DNA from: Octopus sinensis
Taxonomy: Eukaryota
Length of the DNA: 64,000 bases
Assembly (NCBI RefSeq): GCF_006345805.1
Contig: NC_042997.1
Coordinates: forward strand, 42,718,001 to 42,782,000
Direction of reading: 5' to 3'
Part shown: in pieces, positions 49,958-63,497 of the stretch
Numbering within the stretch: the stretch's first letter is position 1
Layout of the letters: each line of letters opens with the position of its first letter
Position numbers and translations under genes: made by a program
The notes under the pieces: model-generated
The model's database searches: none
Seen by the model: the letters and a program-made list of their open reading frames with translations, nothing else
Told to the model about the DNA's origin: nothing

Positions 49958-52900
49958 TATATATACAATGGGCTTCTTTCAGTTTCCGTCTACCAAATCC
50001 ACTCACAAGACTCTAGTCGGCCTGAGGATATAGTAGAAGACACTTGCCCAAGGTGTCATGCAGTGAGACTGAACCCGGAAACTTGTGGTTGGGAAGCAAG
50101 CTTCTTACCACGCAACCACATCTATATCTAGTTACGGTTTTCAGGCAAAACAAGTCCCTTTCATGCTGGAATATGTAAACATTGCAAATGAGAGGGAGTC
50201 AACCATCTTATCCAACCAACAGCCTCATTATTGTCATACACGTCAACAGTTATCATCATCATTGTTACAGTTGATATTCTTTATTTAAATTAATTCCATA
50301 ATAATTATCATCGTTTCATATTTTTGACTGCAGCTTTATTTTTCATAAGTTAAAGTAATACATCAAGCAGCAGTGTTAATGTAAATACCTATTTCTTTAC
50401 TACCCACAAGGGGCTAAACACAGAGGAGACAAATTAAGTCGATTATATCGACCCCAGTGTGTAACTGGTACTTATTTAATCGACCCCAAAAGGATGAAAG
50501 GCAAAGTCGACCTTGACGGAATTTGAACTCGGAACGTAACATCAGACGAAATACGGCTACGCATTTCTCCCAGCGTGCTATCGTTTCTGCTAGCATTATA
50601 GGTAGATGCAACAGGACAGAAAAAAAAAATGAGGATCCAGTAAGTTACATCTATAATTCATTTTTGATCCCAGAAGTAGTTATTTCACTTTCGTTACTTT
50701 GCTGCTCTTGAAAGAAGTGCAAAGACCATTTGTTATCCTAGAAAATCTTAGGTTTCATGTCTATTCATTAAAAGCAATAATACTATTTCATCAAGCCTTT
50801 CTGCAGATGTAATAGATCCACAACAAACTGCAAACATTACATCGACCTTTTAGCATTTAAACCAACCAGGTCAGGCCCAAATATTCTACCTGTTTTATGT
50901 CCAAACTGGTCAGATACAGCCTCTTACATCTACCCTTCAATGTCATTCTAAAAATAAACAATTACATTAATGAAATCTCAAAGCTATGAGATAATGCATG
51001 ATTAATTGAAGCCAATGTGAGTAAATATGCATTATATTTGACAGAGTAATCTGAATGCTTAAAGGGTTAATACAAAACTAAATCTCTCAGAAGCATTATC
51101 AAAGACTTTTACATCCATTAGTAGCACTGAGATTTTATGTGAACGGGGAATATATAGAGAATAGAATCTTCAACATAGGACTGTGAAATAGATGCAAGAA
51201 CATGAAAGTTGTTAAAAAAAAAAGAGGAAGAATGTGGGATATATATATAACAACCAATTTCTGAGATACACCAAAGATGAGAGAGAATGTTGAATAGGGC
51301 TCTACCAGTACACACATAAACACACATCTGTAGAATGACTAACCATACAGGAAGCTTCTAGTCCAGATGATTAGTGATAGATGAGACACAGTTGGAAGCC
51401 GTGTTGATAACAAAGCAACAGAGTTATTTTCACTACAATTCTCAAAAGGCAAGATACCATTGGTATGTGAGGAGACAGAGTGTCTGTGGAAAATATAGTG
51501 GTGGCCACTGGAGAGAAAAAATATTCAAGGTAATTTTTATCCATCACTTTTGAGATGTTGGATAGGAAAGCAATTGGTTACTAATAGGCAGAGCCAGAGT
51601 GGTTGGCCTTCCTATGGATAACACAAATACGACAATTTTTAAATGACCAAAACTTTTTCCAGTATTTGCTGGCTGTGGTAAATATTAGTGATAAAATTAA
51701 ACTAAAAAGTCTAAAGTGTGTGTGTGTGTGTAAAGAATGTGTAGAGGGCCAACATGTAGGGAACAAATGTAACAATATTTTTTTCTGCAAGGGTACTTAG
51801 TATTGACAACAAATGTAGTCTGTTTGGTCAGTAGGCCTGTGCTGTTTTATCTGCAGGGACATTCAAATAAGCACACATTAAAATTAAATCATTAAAAAAC
51901 TTTTTAAATTAAAATACTCATTATAAAGAAAGTATATTTGTATTTTTGATTGACCATCATCTATTCTTTCTTTTAGTTATGCTTTCAGTAAAAACAGCAC
52001 CATTCTAGCAACTTCAATATATCAGTTTTTATCAGTCCTAAAGATAGAATATGAAGATTACTATAAATAAAATGGATTCAGTTTGTATAAAATACCTTGA
52101 TTTAAAATGCATTCGCTTGCAATATTTTTATAAAGTATAGTTTTACTGGTTATACCTTTGATAGTCATCAAGGGAGATGTCAGACTTCTAGTCTGTTGCA
52201 TGTGCGTGCATGTAGAAACTTTCTTGCCTCAGTAAGTTTGAAATATCAAGCCAAAATTCCAAATAACTATGGTTAAAGCTACCTTTGGGACACCTAGCTA
52301 AATAGATTCACCATATTTACAGATCATCAAGTGCCAAAACAACATTTCCTAGTTTGATAACACAGAATCCTTACATCAAGGCAATTCTCATTTTTAACAC
52401 CCACTGAATTTTAACAGCCAAGACACCATAACATAAAAAGCATTTTATAAATATGGTACTTCCTACATGTTGATACACATGCACACACCATTACAAACAC
52501 ATACATCTAATCAACTGATCTACTGGTATTCTCTATCAGCAATTTTTCAGAATTTTAGTACAAACAAAGATTTATCATGACCAAGATCTACCTGTCTTTT
52601 CTTATTCTTCAAAGGAAAGTCCTTACCAAAATGTTAAGATTCTCATCTCATTCATAACCATCATTGAAAAATCTCTGGCATTCAGATTACTTTTATTCAC
52701 ATTTATTCACAATGACTTGAATTAATCCTGCATTATCTCATGATTTCAATGATGTGATTGTTTATTTTTAGAATGAAATTGTAGGGCAGGTGAGACAGGC
52801 TTGAATGTAAACAAGCAATAGGGATATTTGTACTGGATTTGGCTAGTTCAAAAGTTAAAGGATTAAACTTTAGATTTATCAATGAAACATACAACAATAT

Positions 52901-53107
52901 TTTTTAATACCACTAAACTAATTTAGAACTACTATCCCACCTAAATATAAATGTATTTGAGACTAGCATTTTAAAATATTCCCTTTGCATGCAAACAGAA
53001 TAATTGAAGAAAGAGTACATACATATAAGATATTTTATGCTTGCAAATATTTTAGTCATGATTAAAATATGTTCATTATTTACCAAGTACAAGAAAGTAC
53101 AAACATA

Positions 53108-53180
53108 TATGTGTGTGTGTGTGTGTGTGTGTATCTATCTTTCTATCTATCTCTATCTTTCCTTCTTTCTTTCTTTCTAC

Positions 53181-53267
<87 letters not shown>
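53108..53267. repeat. Compound microsatellite (TG)n/(TCTA,TTTC)n/(GA)n
   Basis: Read directly; source of the RERERE and LSLSLS pseudo-ORFs. Others: (TAA)n 14287-14332, (TG)n 26928-26994, (TA)n 29806-29847. Confidence 0.95.
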
Positions 53268-53270
<3 letters not shown>

Positions 53271-53386
53271 ATATACTATACTGACTTCGAATGTGCACAT
53301 TTTAAATTCAAACAAGAAAAGACTTTTGTTTTGAATGTAATGTAAGCATTTAAATCAATGACTGATTAAAAATATTACAAACTTAC

Positions 53387-53450
53387 CACAAATGGACGTG
53401 GTATATAATCTGCTTTTAAGGCTACTGAAATAGCGACACCAAATTTAAGT
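53387..53450 (-). CDS. RhoGAP gene exon (start of RhoGAP domain; ARHGAP20/TAGAP-like)
   Basis: ttgcag|ACTTAAATTTGGT...TTTGTG|gtaagt; 64 nt, phase 2 to 0; encodes LKFGVAISVALKADYIPRPFV (the FGV..IP start of RhoGAP domains); joins in frame to 36524. Confidence 0.85.
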
Positions 53451-54558
53451 CTGCAATAAAAGGAAAAAATGAAGATTACAAACATGAAAAACATTTCATC
53501 TATTCTGAACAATTATTTTCCAAATAATTGTCTTGATAAACTTCTTAGTGAAGGTGAAAAAAAAAAAGCTTTTGATTTCCTATTCTCCCTCTAAGTGAAA
53601 CAAGAAATTTAAATTGTAAATATCAAAAATCCAAACCTTGACAACCTACCTATCTGAAAAAGAGTAGCAGGTTCATGGAGACAAAAAGAAGAACATAAAA
53701 AAAAAAAGTAAACCCGGGTCAAAGATAATCAAGATCAAAGAAGAGAAACTTTCCTCACCCTAGAAAATCCTGAAATACACAGAGTTGATTGATCATCTTA
53801 ATGGAGGAAGGATAGATCAATAGGTAGGTTGAGGGAAAGATGGTGTCAGATTTTTTTAAATGCTTAAATGGTAGACTTCTGGTGAAAACCAAACAAGATG
53901 TTTATCAAAAACTACATGTGAACTTCACAGAAGTTATGGTAAGATTCAAACCTAGTTCAAAATGAGAATATCCATAGACACATTCATGAGACCAAGATTC
54001 TAATACCAGGAACAAAAACAGTTGAGGTTGTGGGGTGCCCTGAACCAACCTATGTGGTTGATACTTTCTCACCTGTGTGTAGATCAACTACCGTCAACTG
54101 TTTTTTATTTGTTTTATTTGTATTTATTGTTTATATATTAGTCTATTTGTGTAATTTATTAAAACTTAATGTCTTAATATAAGCTTTTGCCACACCCCAC
54201 ATTTTTATAATAGTGTATACACCCCCCCATGTCTTGCATCCCCTTTATTTTGTAGCCTGTCATTGTATGAATCTATGGGCCCTTGTAGCAAATAGAGAAA
54301 AGGTTATTCTCATTTTATAATCAAGGCCATATTAGTGAAGACTAGTTTGAATTTATTTGTGAGAATTCCTTTCATTGCAAGTGAATCTCAAGAGCAAAGA
54401 GAGGTTTTAGTGTTATTTTCTGTCAGAATGTAAGTCATTACACAGAGGAGAAATGAACGACCCCCAAATATCTTTATATACACATGAAAGGAATCTTGAC
54501 TATGCATTTTCACTCAGCTCTTAATAATAAAGAACAAGTTGTATCTGGCAGTCATTAA

Positions 54559-54779
54559 CCCTTTAGCATTCAAACCGGTTATATCCGGCCAAAAGTATTC
54601 TACCTGTTTTATGTTCAAACTGGCCAGATCTGGTCTCTCACACCAACCCCACAATATTGTTTTAAAAATTAACATCTACCTCATCAAAATCTCATAGCTC
54701 CAAGATAATGCCTGATTAGTTCAAGGCAATGTGGATAAAAAAGGATTAATTTTAGCAGAATAATGCGAACACTAAAGGG
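54559..54779. mobile_element. piggyBac-type MITE (TTAA TSD, CCCTTTAG termini)
   Basis: TTAA|CCCTTTAG...CTAAAGGG|TTAA; related copies at 56152-56371, ~31915-32136, ~46155-46357, ~50845-51066, ~52670-52862. Confidence 0.85.
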
Positions 54780-56151
54780 TTAAGGTGTCAAAAGTCAGTG
54801 GCTTATCACTGGCATTATGCTGTGTCCCTGACAAAATTTCTTAATACATACTATCAAGCAGTGGTTAGATTCCCCGAGGTGACAATGCCCATTAATTTAA
54901 GCAACAGAACTATGAAACTGATGAGCATTTTGGAAGCTAACACCTTTAGCAAACTAATGGAAAATGAGCTGTATGCTTTCAAATAAAATTAGTATCATAA
55001 ACATGCCAAGTTCCATGACCTGGTGATTTCCTTTCAAATTATGGGAGAGAATCGATAAATAACAAATATCTACATTAGTTTGGTAATGTAGCTTAATGTT
55101 ATGCTGAGATACTTATAAGAACTAGTAGCTGCAAGATTACATTAACAAAAGTCTTGTTCTGAAGCACCTATAAAAAGAATTAAACAGAACAAAAATGAAA
55201 ATTACATGTAAAAAAGTTTCTAGAATAAAAAGTTGTTAGCTAGAATAAAGAGTTTGGATAAGAAGTGATTTGCCTAAATTGAACATCAACAGTTTACTAC
55301 TGAGCATAGAGCAAACAGCTTTAATGCATTGTATTTGTGTACAGCAGGTGAGATAAATAAATGTAGGTAATTGAACATAAAGAAAGAAAAAAAGAAAAAG
55401 AAGAAACAAAATTATGTCCAATAAAATTTCTCAATGAATGGCCAGTGTTTTGTCCATTCATTCAAGAGTAAGTGAACAAAACAGAGTCTACCAATCCTAG
55501 ATTACAACTTACTGTGTGCCTTTGTGTTCGGTATAATAGGAGTGGATGGTAGTGCAGTGCATTAGATAGCAACAATGAATAAGAAACAGGTGGTTATAAG
55601 ACACACAGAGAAGCTTGATAAGGAAAAATAATATGTGAACATGTTTCTGTGCATGTAACATGTACGTTGTCAATATTGCTTTCTTTATAACCAATGAAAA
55701 GTAAATTTCTTACATAATATCAGAGTATTTAGGTGATAAGCATTTACATTGGTTTAGATCTATGCCTGTTGCTAAATGAACATGTATGAGAAAAAGATTC
55801 AAATATGCAACACTGAAAATGTTTTTAGATATCTACCAATGGATTTCTATGCTGGTTGTCAGATTTCTTTGTTCTTTCTCGCGAGAACCTCTAATATCCC
55901 AGTACTATGGTTTGTGCATAAGTCATGAATCACATTTCATAAACAAGTAAAACAGTTGTGTAATAATGTGTATGTATGCCTACAGTAATGCACTTATAAA
56001 TATATGTACATCGTAAGTTCATACACACATACTTATATACACACATGTACATGAATTTTGCCCTCAATTTATATCTGGATTTATATAAATATTATGACTT
56101 GTCACTGAAATACTGTTTGTACCTCATAGAATAAAACTGTGGCTAATTTAA

Positions 56152-56371
56152 CCCTTTAGTGTTCAGATTACTCTGTTAAATGTAATACTTTTTCACTCAG
56201 ATTGTTTTGAATTAATCATACATTATCTTATAGCTTTGAGGTTTCAATGATGTGATTGTTTGTTTTTAGAATATCAATGTAGGTTAGATGTGAGAGGCTA
56301 GATATGGCCAGTTTGAATATAAAACATGTAGAATATCTGGGCCAGATATGGCCGGTTTAAACACTAAAGGG
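56152..56371. mobile_element. piggyBac-type MITE, inverted relative to 54559-54779
   Basis: TTAA|CCCTTTAGTGTT...AACACTAAAGGG|TTAA. Confidence 0.85.
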
Positions 56372-56737
56372 TTAAGGGGAAAAATAAGGATTATCAAACA
56401 ATTTAACCTTTATTACAATCATAGATAAATAAATTGTCATATGTGATGTGAATATTGAAATTCAAATTAATTACTTGCAAATTCATTCTTAATATGTTCT
56501 GGGAAATTTGAAAATGAATATGCTAATAGCTGTTGTGGCCATTAAAAGAGAACAACTTTTCCTTTATGACAAACATGTATTCATAATGGATTTGTGTGTG
56601 TTATGAACACATATTCACTGTAGAGGAAAAGCTATTCTCCTTCTGTAAAGAACACAACAGCCATTCGCATATTCCTGATTGAATCTGCTGCTAATATATT
56701 AAGAATGAATATGAGGGTCACTGTCAGTTGTAATATT

Positions 56738-57195
56738 GGTTTCAAAATTTAGCAGAACACCTGTAATTTTGAGGAGTGGGTAAGTCAATGAGATTGGCTC
56801 TTATACTCAACTGGTACTTATTTTATCAACCCTGAAAAGACGGAAGGCAAAGTCGACCTCAGTGGAATTTGAACTGAGAGCATAAAGATGGACGAAATGC
56901 CTCTAAGCATTTTGCCTGGCATGCTAATGAGTCAGTCAACTCATTGCCTTATTGCTAATTGTAATATTACTTCAAAAAATGAGGTGGTGAGCTGACAGAA
57001 TTGTTAGCATGCTGGGCATGATGCTTAGCATTTTGTTTGTCCTTACTTTCTGAGTTCAAATTCCACCAGGGTCAACTTTGTCTTTTATCTTTTCAGGGTC
57101 AATAAAATAAGTACCAGTTGAGCACTTAAGTTGATGTCATTGACTTGGTCCCCACCCCTGAAATTGCTGGCCTTTTGCCAAAATTAGAAGCCAAT
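56738..57195. mobile_element. Head-to-head pair of family-C tRNA SINEs (GTCGACTTTGCCTTTCATCCTTT domain, Meta-domain-like)
   Basis: Minus copy ~56738-56949 and plus copy ~56981-57195; other family-C copies near 100-330, 5170-5380, 38330-38550, 44280-44500, 47070-47210, 50385-50595. Confidence 0.75.
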
Positions 57196-57251
57196 ATTAC
57201 TTCAAAACACAAGATCTTTTCCATTTTATTATTTACGGCTTAGTCAGTGGA

Positions 57252-57638
57252 GTGGAGGCGCAATGGCCCAGTGGTTAAGGCAGCGGACTCGCGGTCATAG
57301 GATTGCGGTTTCGATTCCCAGACCGGGCGTTGTGAGTGTTTATTGAGCGAAAACACCTAAAGCTCCACGAGGCTCCGGCAGGGATGGTGGTGATCCCTGC
57401 TGTACTCTTTCACCACAACTTTCTCTCACTCTTACTTCCTGTTTCTGTTGTACCTGTATTTCAAAGGGCTGGCCTTGTCACTCTCTGTGTTACGCTGAAT
57501 ATCCCCGAGAACTACGTTAAGGGTGCACGTGTCTGTGGAGTGCTCAGCCACTTACACGTTAATTTCACGAGCAGGCTGTTCCGTTGATTCGGATCAACCG
57601 GAACCCTCATCGTCGTAACCGACGGAGTGCTTCCATCC
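57252..57638 (+). mobile_element. tRNA-derived SINE, family A
   Basis: Full-length copy; TSD AGTCAGTGGAG. Confidence 0.9.
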
Positions 57639-58482
57639 AGTCAGTGGAGGAAGAGCAGTAGCCCCAATGAGCCTTTTCAGGATATCTGAGATTAGTGGGG
57701 GGTGCTCAAAGCAAAGAGCTGGGCTGAAAGCTTGCAAGAGCCAGGTGGTCATGTTAAATCAGACATCATATTAAGTCTAAGAATCAATCAATCTATGAAT
57801 CAGATTTTAATCTTCTAGATATGTCAAACAAACAAATTATTTCACAGTGGAAACCAGTAAATAACTCTTTCGGATTCTTTTGAAAATTAAATATTTTTTA
57901 AGAGCCACTTTTACAATATAGAAATTATCATTTACTATTCAAAACTTTGGCTTTTAATTTATTACTAATGCCTAATTTTTATAATCAGTCAAAATTTATA
58001 TGTTAACTCCAGAAGGCTAATTAGTTAAGAATATTAATTTTCTAACAGTAATATGTCCCTAAAAAAGAACTTGCAAACTGTTTGATTTATTTCACTTTAT
58101 GAAAATATTTGGCAAATGCTTAGCCATCATATATATATGTTATAAAGTTGTTTCAATAAAACCTAAGTAATTTCCAATAGCCTGTGAAGGAAAAAATTTT
58201 AAAATACAATTTAATTAAAAATGTATTTCAAAATTATATTAACAACATTAGAATTTTGTGTTTTATCCAGGTTATTTCTGATACAACAGACATATGATGA
58301 AAAGGCATTCCAGTTGCAACTATCACAACAATTTGTATATTGAGGATTATATTCTCCAATGTATCCTTCACTTTTAAAGACAATATAATGTGATATTTCT
58401 AGAGCAGGCTGAGCAGTTCATTAGAAGTTCTCTTATAATTATCATTGTCATTATTATTATTATTATTATTATTATAGTATTA

Positions 58483-58868
58483 TACTCTTTTCACTCTTTT
58501 ACTTGTTTCAGTCATTTGACTGTGGCCATGCTGGAGCATCACCTTTAGTCGAGCAAATCGATCCCGGGACTTATTCTTTGTAAGCCCAGTACTTATTCAT
58601 CAGTCTCTTTTGCTGAGCCGCTAAGTGACGGGGACGTAAACACACCAGCATCGGTTGTCAAGCAATGCTAGGGGACAAACACAGACACACAAACATATAT
58701 ATACACGACAGGCTTCTTTCAGTTTCCGCCTACCAAATCCACTCACAAAGCATTGGTCGGCCCGGGGCTATAGCAGAAGACACTTACCCAAGGTGCCACG
58801 CAGTGGGACTGAACCCGGAACCATGTGGTTGGTTAGCAAGCTACTTACCACACAGCCACTCCTGCGCC
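58483..58868 (-). mobile_element. tRNA-derived SINE, family B, full length
   Basis: GGCGCAGGAGTGGCTGTGTGG head, (AAAAGAGT)n tail. Confidence 0.9.
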
Positions 58869-60908
58869 TATATTATTTATATTATTTAATATATTATATT
58901 ATAGTATCATATTATGAGAGGAGGCATGTGACTTAGTGATTAAGGTGTTGGACTCATGATTGTAAGATAAAGGTTTCAATTCCTGGACCAGGTGATGTAT
59001 TGTATTCTTGAGCAAAACACTTCATTTCTTGTTGATCCAGTCCACTCAGTTGGCAAAAATGAGTATTTCTGTGGCAGACCATCACCATGTCCAGTAGACA
59101 ATATATATCCCACAGAATTTGGGAAACTGGCCTTATATGCCTTTTGGTGAGGTAGAAAATTTCTTTCCAGAGCCAATAAACAGTATATTTTAGAAAATAT
59201 TTTGCTACATTGAATACTTTCTAGTAATATTTTACTTCTTTTGTTGGAATATTAATGAGTACCAGAGATCAAATGTATGGCTTTGTCAAGGTGAGTTTAC
59301 CTACTGCTTTCAATTCTTTGTTATAGCTATTTTGCTTACATCATTCATACTTTGTAGGCATGAGGTGGAAAAATAAATAAGTATTGAACTATCTGCTGTA
59401 AGCATTTCATTATGTTTCTAGACAGAATGCTTTATTTCATATTGCTTAGCTGCCAGGAACAGGTACCAGATCATGTGGCAAGGTTACCAATGAGAGACCA
59501 TTGTCATATCGAGGGTTAGATTACTCACTAATCTACCTAACACTATGACACCAAAGCTAAGCACTGGTTCTTAAAGACTTCCCATTAATAATGCTTTACA
59601 GGAAAATCATGAATGTTACACCTGTCAGAATCTTCATTGCTAAAAAAATATTGAAGTTAAAGCCCCCATGGAGAAGGTAATAGGAAATCATCCTCACTAT
59701 GGCAAAGATAAGTGAGTCATGAATATGTTGACTTAAAATCATTAAGAAATACAAATAATATATTCATTTATTTATTGAAAAGGGACCACCATTTTTATGA
59801 GAGAAATCAACACCATTATTATTTCAGTATCTGTTTGCCTATGTTTACACATTTTCCACAGGTTTACTCATTCATATCTGTTACACAATTTAGCATTTTC
59901 CATAAATATATGTTCAGCATTGTAGTTGAAATTCCAATAACAATTATGTTTATGGATTAAAGAAAAATGCTGTATGGTCCACAATATACGTTTAATTATT
60001 TAGCAAATTTAATAAGCAGCTTAGATTTCATCTTACTAGCCACACTTAGTATCAGCTATTATAAAAAATAAACATCTGTTTTATTTTCATTTGCTTCAAG
60101 TTATTTTTCGGTATTCTCAGACTAAAAAGGTATCTAGTCATTCTTCTGTAGCCACCCTTAAAAAGTTTATCAGCTTTTATCTTGTGATAACAGAAGAAAA
60201 GATGATTTTCCCTCCACCTTGTAACCCAAAAGACTAGAATAAAACAAAAACAAAAATCTAAAGATTCTAAAATAAACTTCATAGTCTAGACTACTTTCGT
60301 TACATTTTAGCTATTCTAAACCATTTTCAGTCACTGGGGAACACTTATGTACTCTAAACAAATTGTTGGACATATTTGTTTCCTCTTTTTGACGGAAAAG
60401 ATAAAAATCAACAGATAAACTTGAAACAACCCATATTTAGTGAAGCGAATCTTGCTTAAGATAAATTTGGTTCCCTAAGTGAGCTTAAATCAAGATGGTT
60501 GAAATATAGGTGCCATTTACTGTTTATGAAATTATATACCAGTAATGACTCATATTTCTAAAACACATGTAGTATATGTATGAATCTGTAAAATCATGTA
60601 TCACAAATTTTCACAGGAAAAACAAAATGAAAATAAAATAAATGAAAATGATTATGAGGTATACTGAAAACAACCTAATACTCAAAAGACTTAAGGGGCT
60701 CACTTCAGGAGTAAGATATTGAGGTGGGGCCTGTACATCTTTAGCCCTTTACCTGTCCAAAGCATTTCCATAGCTGGTCCTAAATATCTGTACTAGTTTC
60801 CAGACTTTTAGTTAGCCCTTGTTTCATACATCTTGGATAATATAAAGACTTCCTATCATAAGTCCCAGGTTACTCTGGGGGTTGAAAAAAATTGAGACTG
60901 TATCATAT

Positions 60909-61242
60909 TTTTTTTTTTGAAGCACTCCGTCGGTTACGACGACGAGGGTTCCGGTTGATCCGAATCAACAGAACAGCCTGCTCGTGAAATTAACATGTAA
61001 GTGGCTGAGCACTCCACAGACACGTGTACCCTTAATGCAGTTCTCGGGGATATTCAGCGTGACACAGAGAGTGACAAGGCCGGCCCTTTGAAATACAGGT
61101 ACAACAGAAACAGGAAGTAAGAGTGAGAGAAAGTTGTGGTGAAAGAATACAGCAGGGATCACCACCATCCCCTGCCGGAGCCTCGTGGATCTTTTAGGTG
61201 TTTTCGCTCAATAAACATTCACAACGCCCGGTCTGGGAATCG
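60909..61242 (-). mobile_element. tRNA-derived SINE, family A, 5'-truncated, oligo(A) tail
   Basis: Starts within the B box; T-run at the 3' end; TSD CTGTATCATAT. Confidence 0.88.
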
Positions 61243-61535
61243 CTGTATCATATATGATGCGTGGACATGAGAGAAATGATACAAAGAAAGTACGTCTTGT
61301 GTATCACACGACAAGCAAAGGGTTAAATTCGAATGAAAGAATGATGTAGAAAAGGTTAAGATATTTAAGTTCTTAGATAGCGTAATCACAATCCTTTCTC
61401 AAGAGTCTTCAGCCCTTATGTTCTGATGAAAGCTCAGCTCCACTGTGTTACATCAGGATAGAGAACTTGCCACTTGGATTCTAACAAACTTCTACAAGTA
61501 CATAATTGACAGCACTCCGATATACTGCATCACAA

Positions 61536-61909
61536 GTAGAGGCGCAATGGCCCAGTGGTTAGGACAGCGGACTCGCGGTTTCGATTCCCAGACCGGGCGT
61601 TGTGAGTGTTTATTGAGCAAAAACACCTAAAGCTCCACGAGGCTCCGGCAGGGGATGGTGGTGATCCCTGCTGTACTCTTTCACCACAACTTTCTCTCAC
61701 TCTTACTTCCTGTTTCTGTTGTACCTGTATTTCAAAGGGCCGGCCTTGTCACTCTCTGTGTCACGCTGAATATCCCCGAGAACTATGTTAAGGGTACACG
61801 TGTCTGTGGAGTGCTCAGCCACTTACACGTTAATTTCACGAGCAGGCTGTTCCGTTGATTCGGATCAACCGGAACCCTTGTCGTCGTAACCGACGGAGTT
61901 CTTCCATCC
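61536..61909 (+). mobile_element. tRNA-derived SINE, family A
   Basis: TSD ATACTGCATCA; short deletion between the two TCGCGG repeats in the tRNA head. Confidence 0.9.
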
Positions 61910-63113
61910 ATACTGCATCATAGTAGGAAAGAGAAATTGCTCAAGACAGAGATGAAAAGGACAGCAATAATAAATAATTAAAAGAAAAACAAATGAACAA
62001 ACATTAATATTTCACTTCTATTTGTGGGAGTTTACCAAGGCTGCTGACTGTGGAGAACACTCAGCATCATAAGAAAGTAGCATCTCTAACCATGAACTGT
62101 TCATTTTACTGCCATATTGCATGATACTACAGCCAGATGACCAAACACTTTGTCTATGTTTATGGTTCAATGAAATCATGTTATTGTAAATATTATACTG
62201 ATACAGAGCTTGTGTGTGTGTAAAAGACTTTTGTCCAATGTCCTCAAATCTGGGCCATCTTTTCTGCTCCCCCTCCCACGCTTTGTTGGCTTTGAATTGT
62301 CATCGACACTTCTGCAACTTTGCTTTTTTCAAAGTAGGGGCTTCAAAAAAAAAAAACAAAACATTTTACTCTCTGGGAAGAGGTGGTCTACCTACATTAG
62401 TCTGGCCCCTATCCATTGAGTTATCCAGCACGAGAAGCCCTTTATTCTCCACTGGCAGAGTTCTAAGGGTCATTGAGGTACACAAGCCACCACACAGCAA
62501 TAGGTATGGGACCTCGTGGTGGTTTGTGAAGCATAATATAATGAAAAGAGAAAGGGATCAGCTCTTCAATTAATCTTAAAACTATTGTGGTCATCATTAA
62601 GAAGTTATTCACAATAAGAAAGACAAAAATTAATATTTCATATTACACATGCCCTTAGCCCATCCCTATATAGATAACATCAAGTAAATGGATGTTTATT
62701 GGTTTCCACAATGAATATTCAGTTGTTCAGTCAACTCAATTGCCTGCTCATTGAATGTGTATGGCTGATAGCATCATCTGTGCACTGCAAGCATACAATA
62801 CATCATGATGACAATGATGGCTGATGATTCCATAAACACGTGTGCTCTTAATGTAATTCTCAGGTAGATTCAGCTAGAAATAGTGTAACAGAGATGGACA
62901 TTCTAGTTACAAATAAATCCATCTGTAGAGCATCCACACAGTTTGTGTTTATCCAATTTCGTTCATAAAAAGTTGGGTTAACACAAGGTTATAAAAAAAA
63001 AGATGCTTACTCCAGAAGCCATGCAGTGGGATTGGGCCTAGGATCAGATGTTTGCAAAGGGAACCTGTTAAGTATTTGGTCATGCTGCATCCATAATGTT
63101 GTTACTTAGAAGT

Positions 63114-63497
63114 GTGGAGGCGCAATGGCCCAGTGGTTAGGGCAGCGGACTCGCGATCGTGGGATCGCGGTTTCGATTCCCAGACCGGGCATTGTGAGTG
63201 TTTATTGAGCGAAAACACCTAAAGCTTCACGAGGCTCCTGCAGGGGGGGGGGGGAACCCTGCTGTACTCTTTCACCACGACTTTCACTCACTCTTACTTC
63301 CTGTTTCTGTTGTACCTGTATTTCAAAGGACCGGCCTTGTCACTCTCTGTGTTACGCTGAATATCCCCGAGAACTGCGTTAAGGGTACACGTGTCTGTGG
63401 AGTGCTCAGCCACTTACACGTTAATTTCACGAGCAGGCTGTTCCGTTGATTCGGATCAACCGGAACCCTCGTCGTCGCAACCGACGGAGTGCTTCCA
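63114..63497 (+). mobile_element. tRNA-derived SINE, family A
   Basis: Full-length copy; TSD ACTTAGAAGTG. Confidence 0.9.

Noticed and set aside
51300-51850. Additional decayed LINE RT relics (also ~6700-7680, 39300-39560, 59500-59700)
   Set aside because: Only faint motif echoes; boundaries and clade cannot be supported by eye.
57336-57587. Recurrent 'MFIERKHLKLHEAP...' protein family, and similar HHHH/YIYI/RERE ORFs
   Set aside because: These are translations of SINEs, LINE UTRs and microsatellites; frames break between copies.
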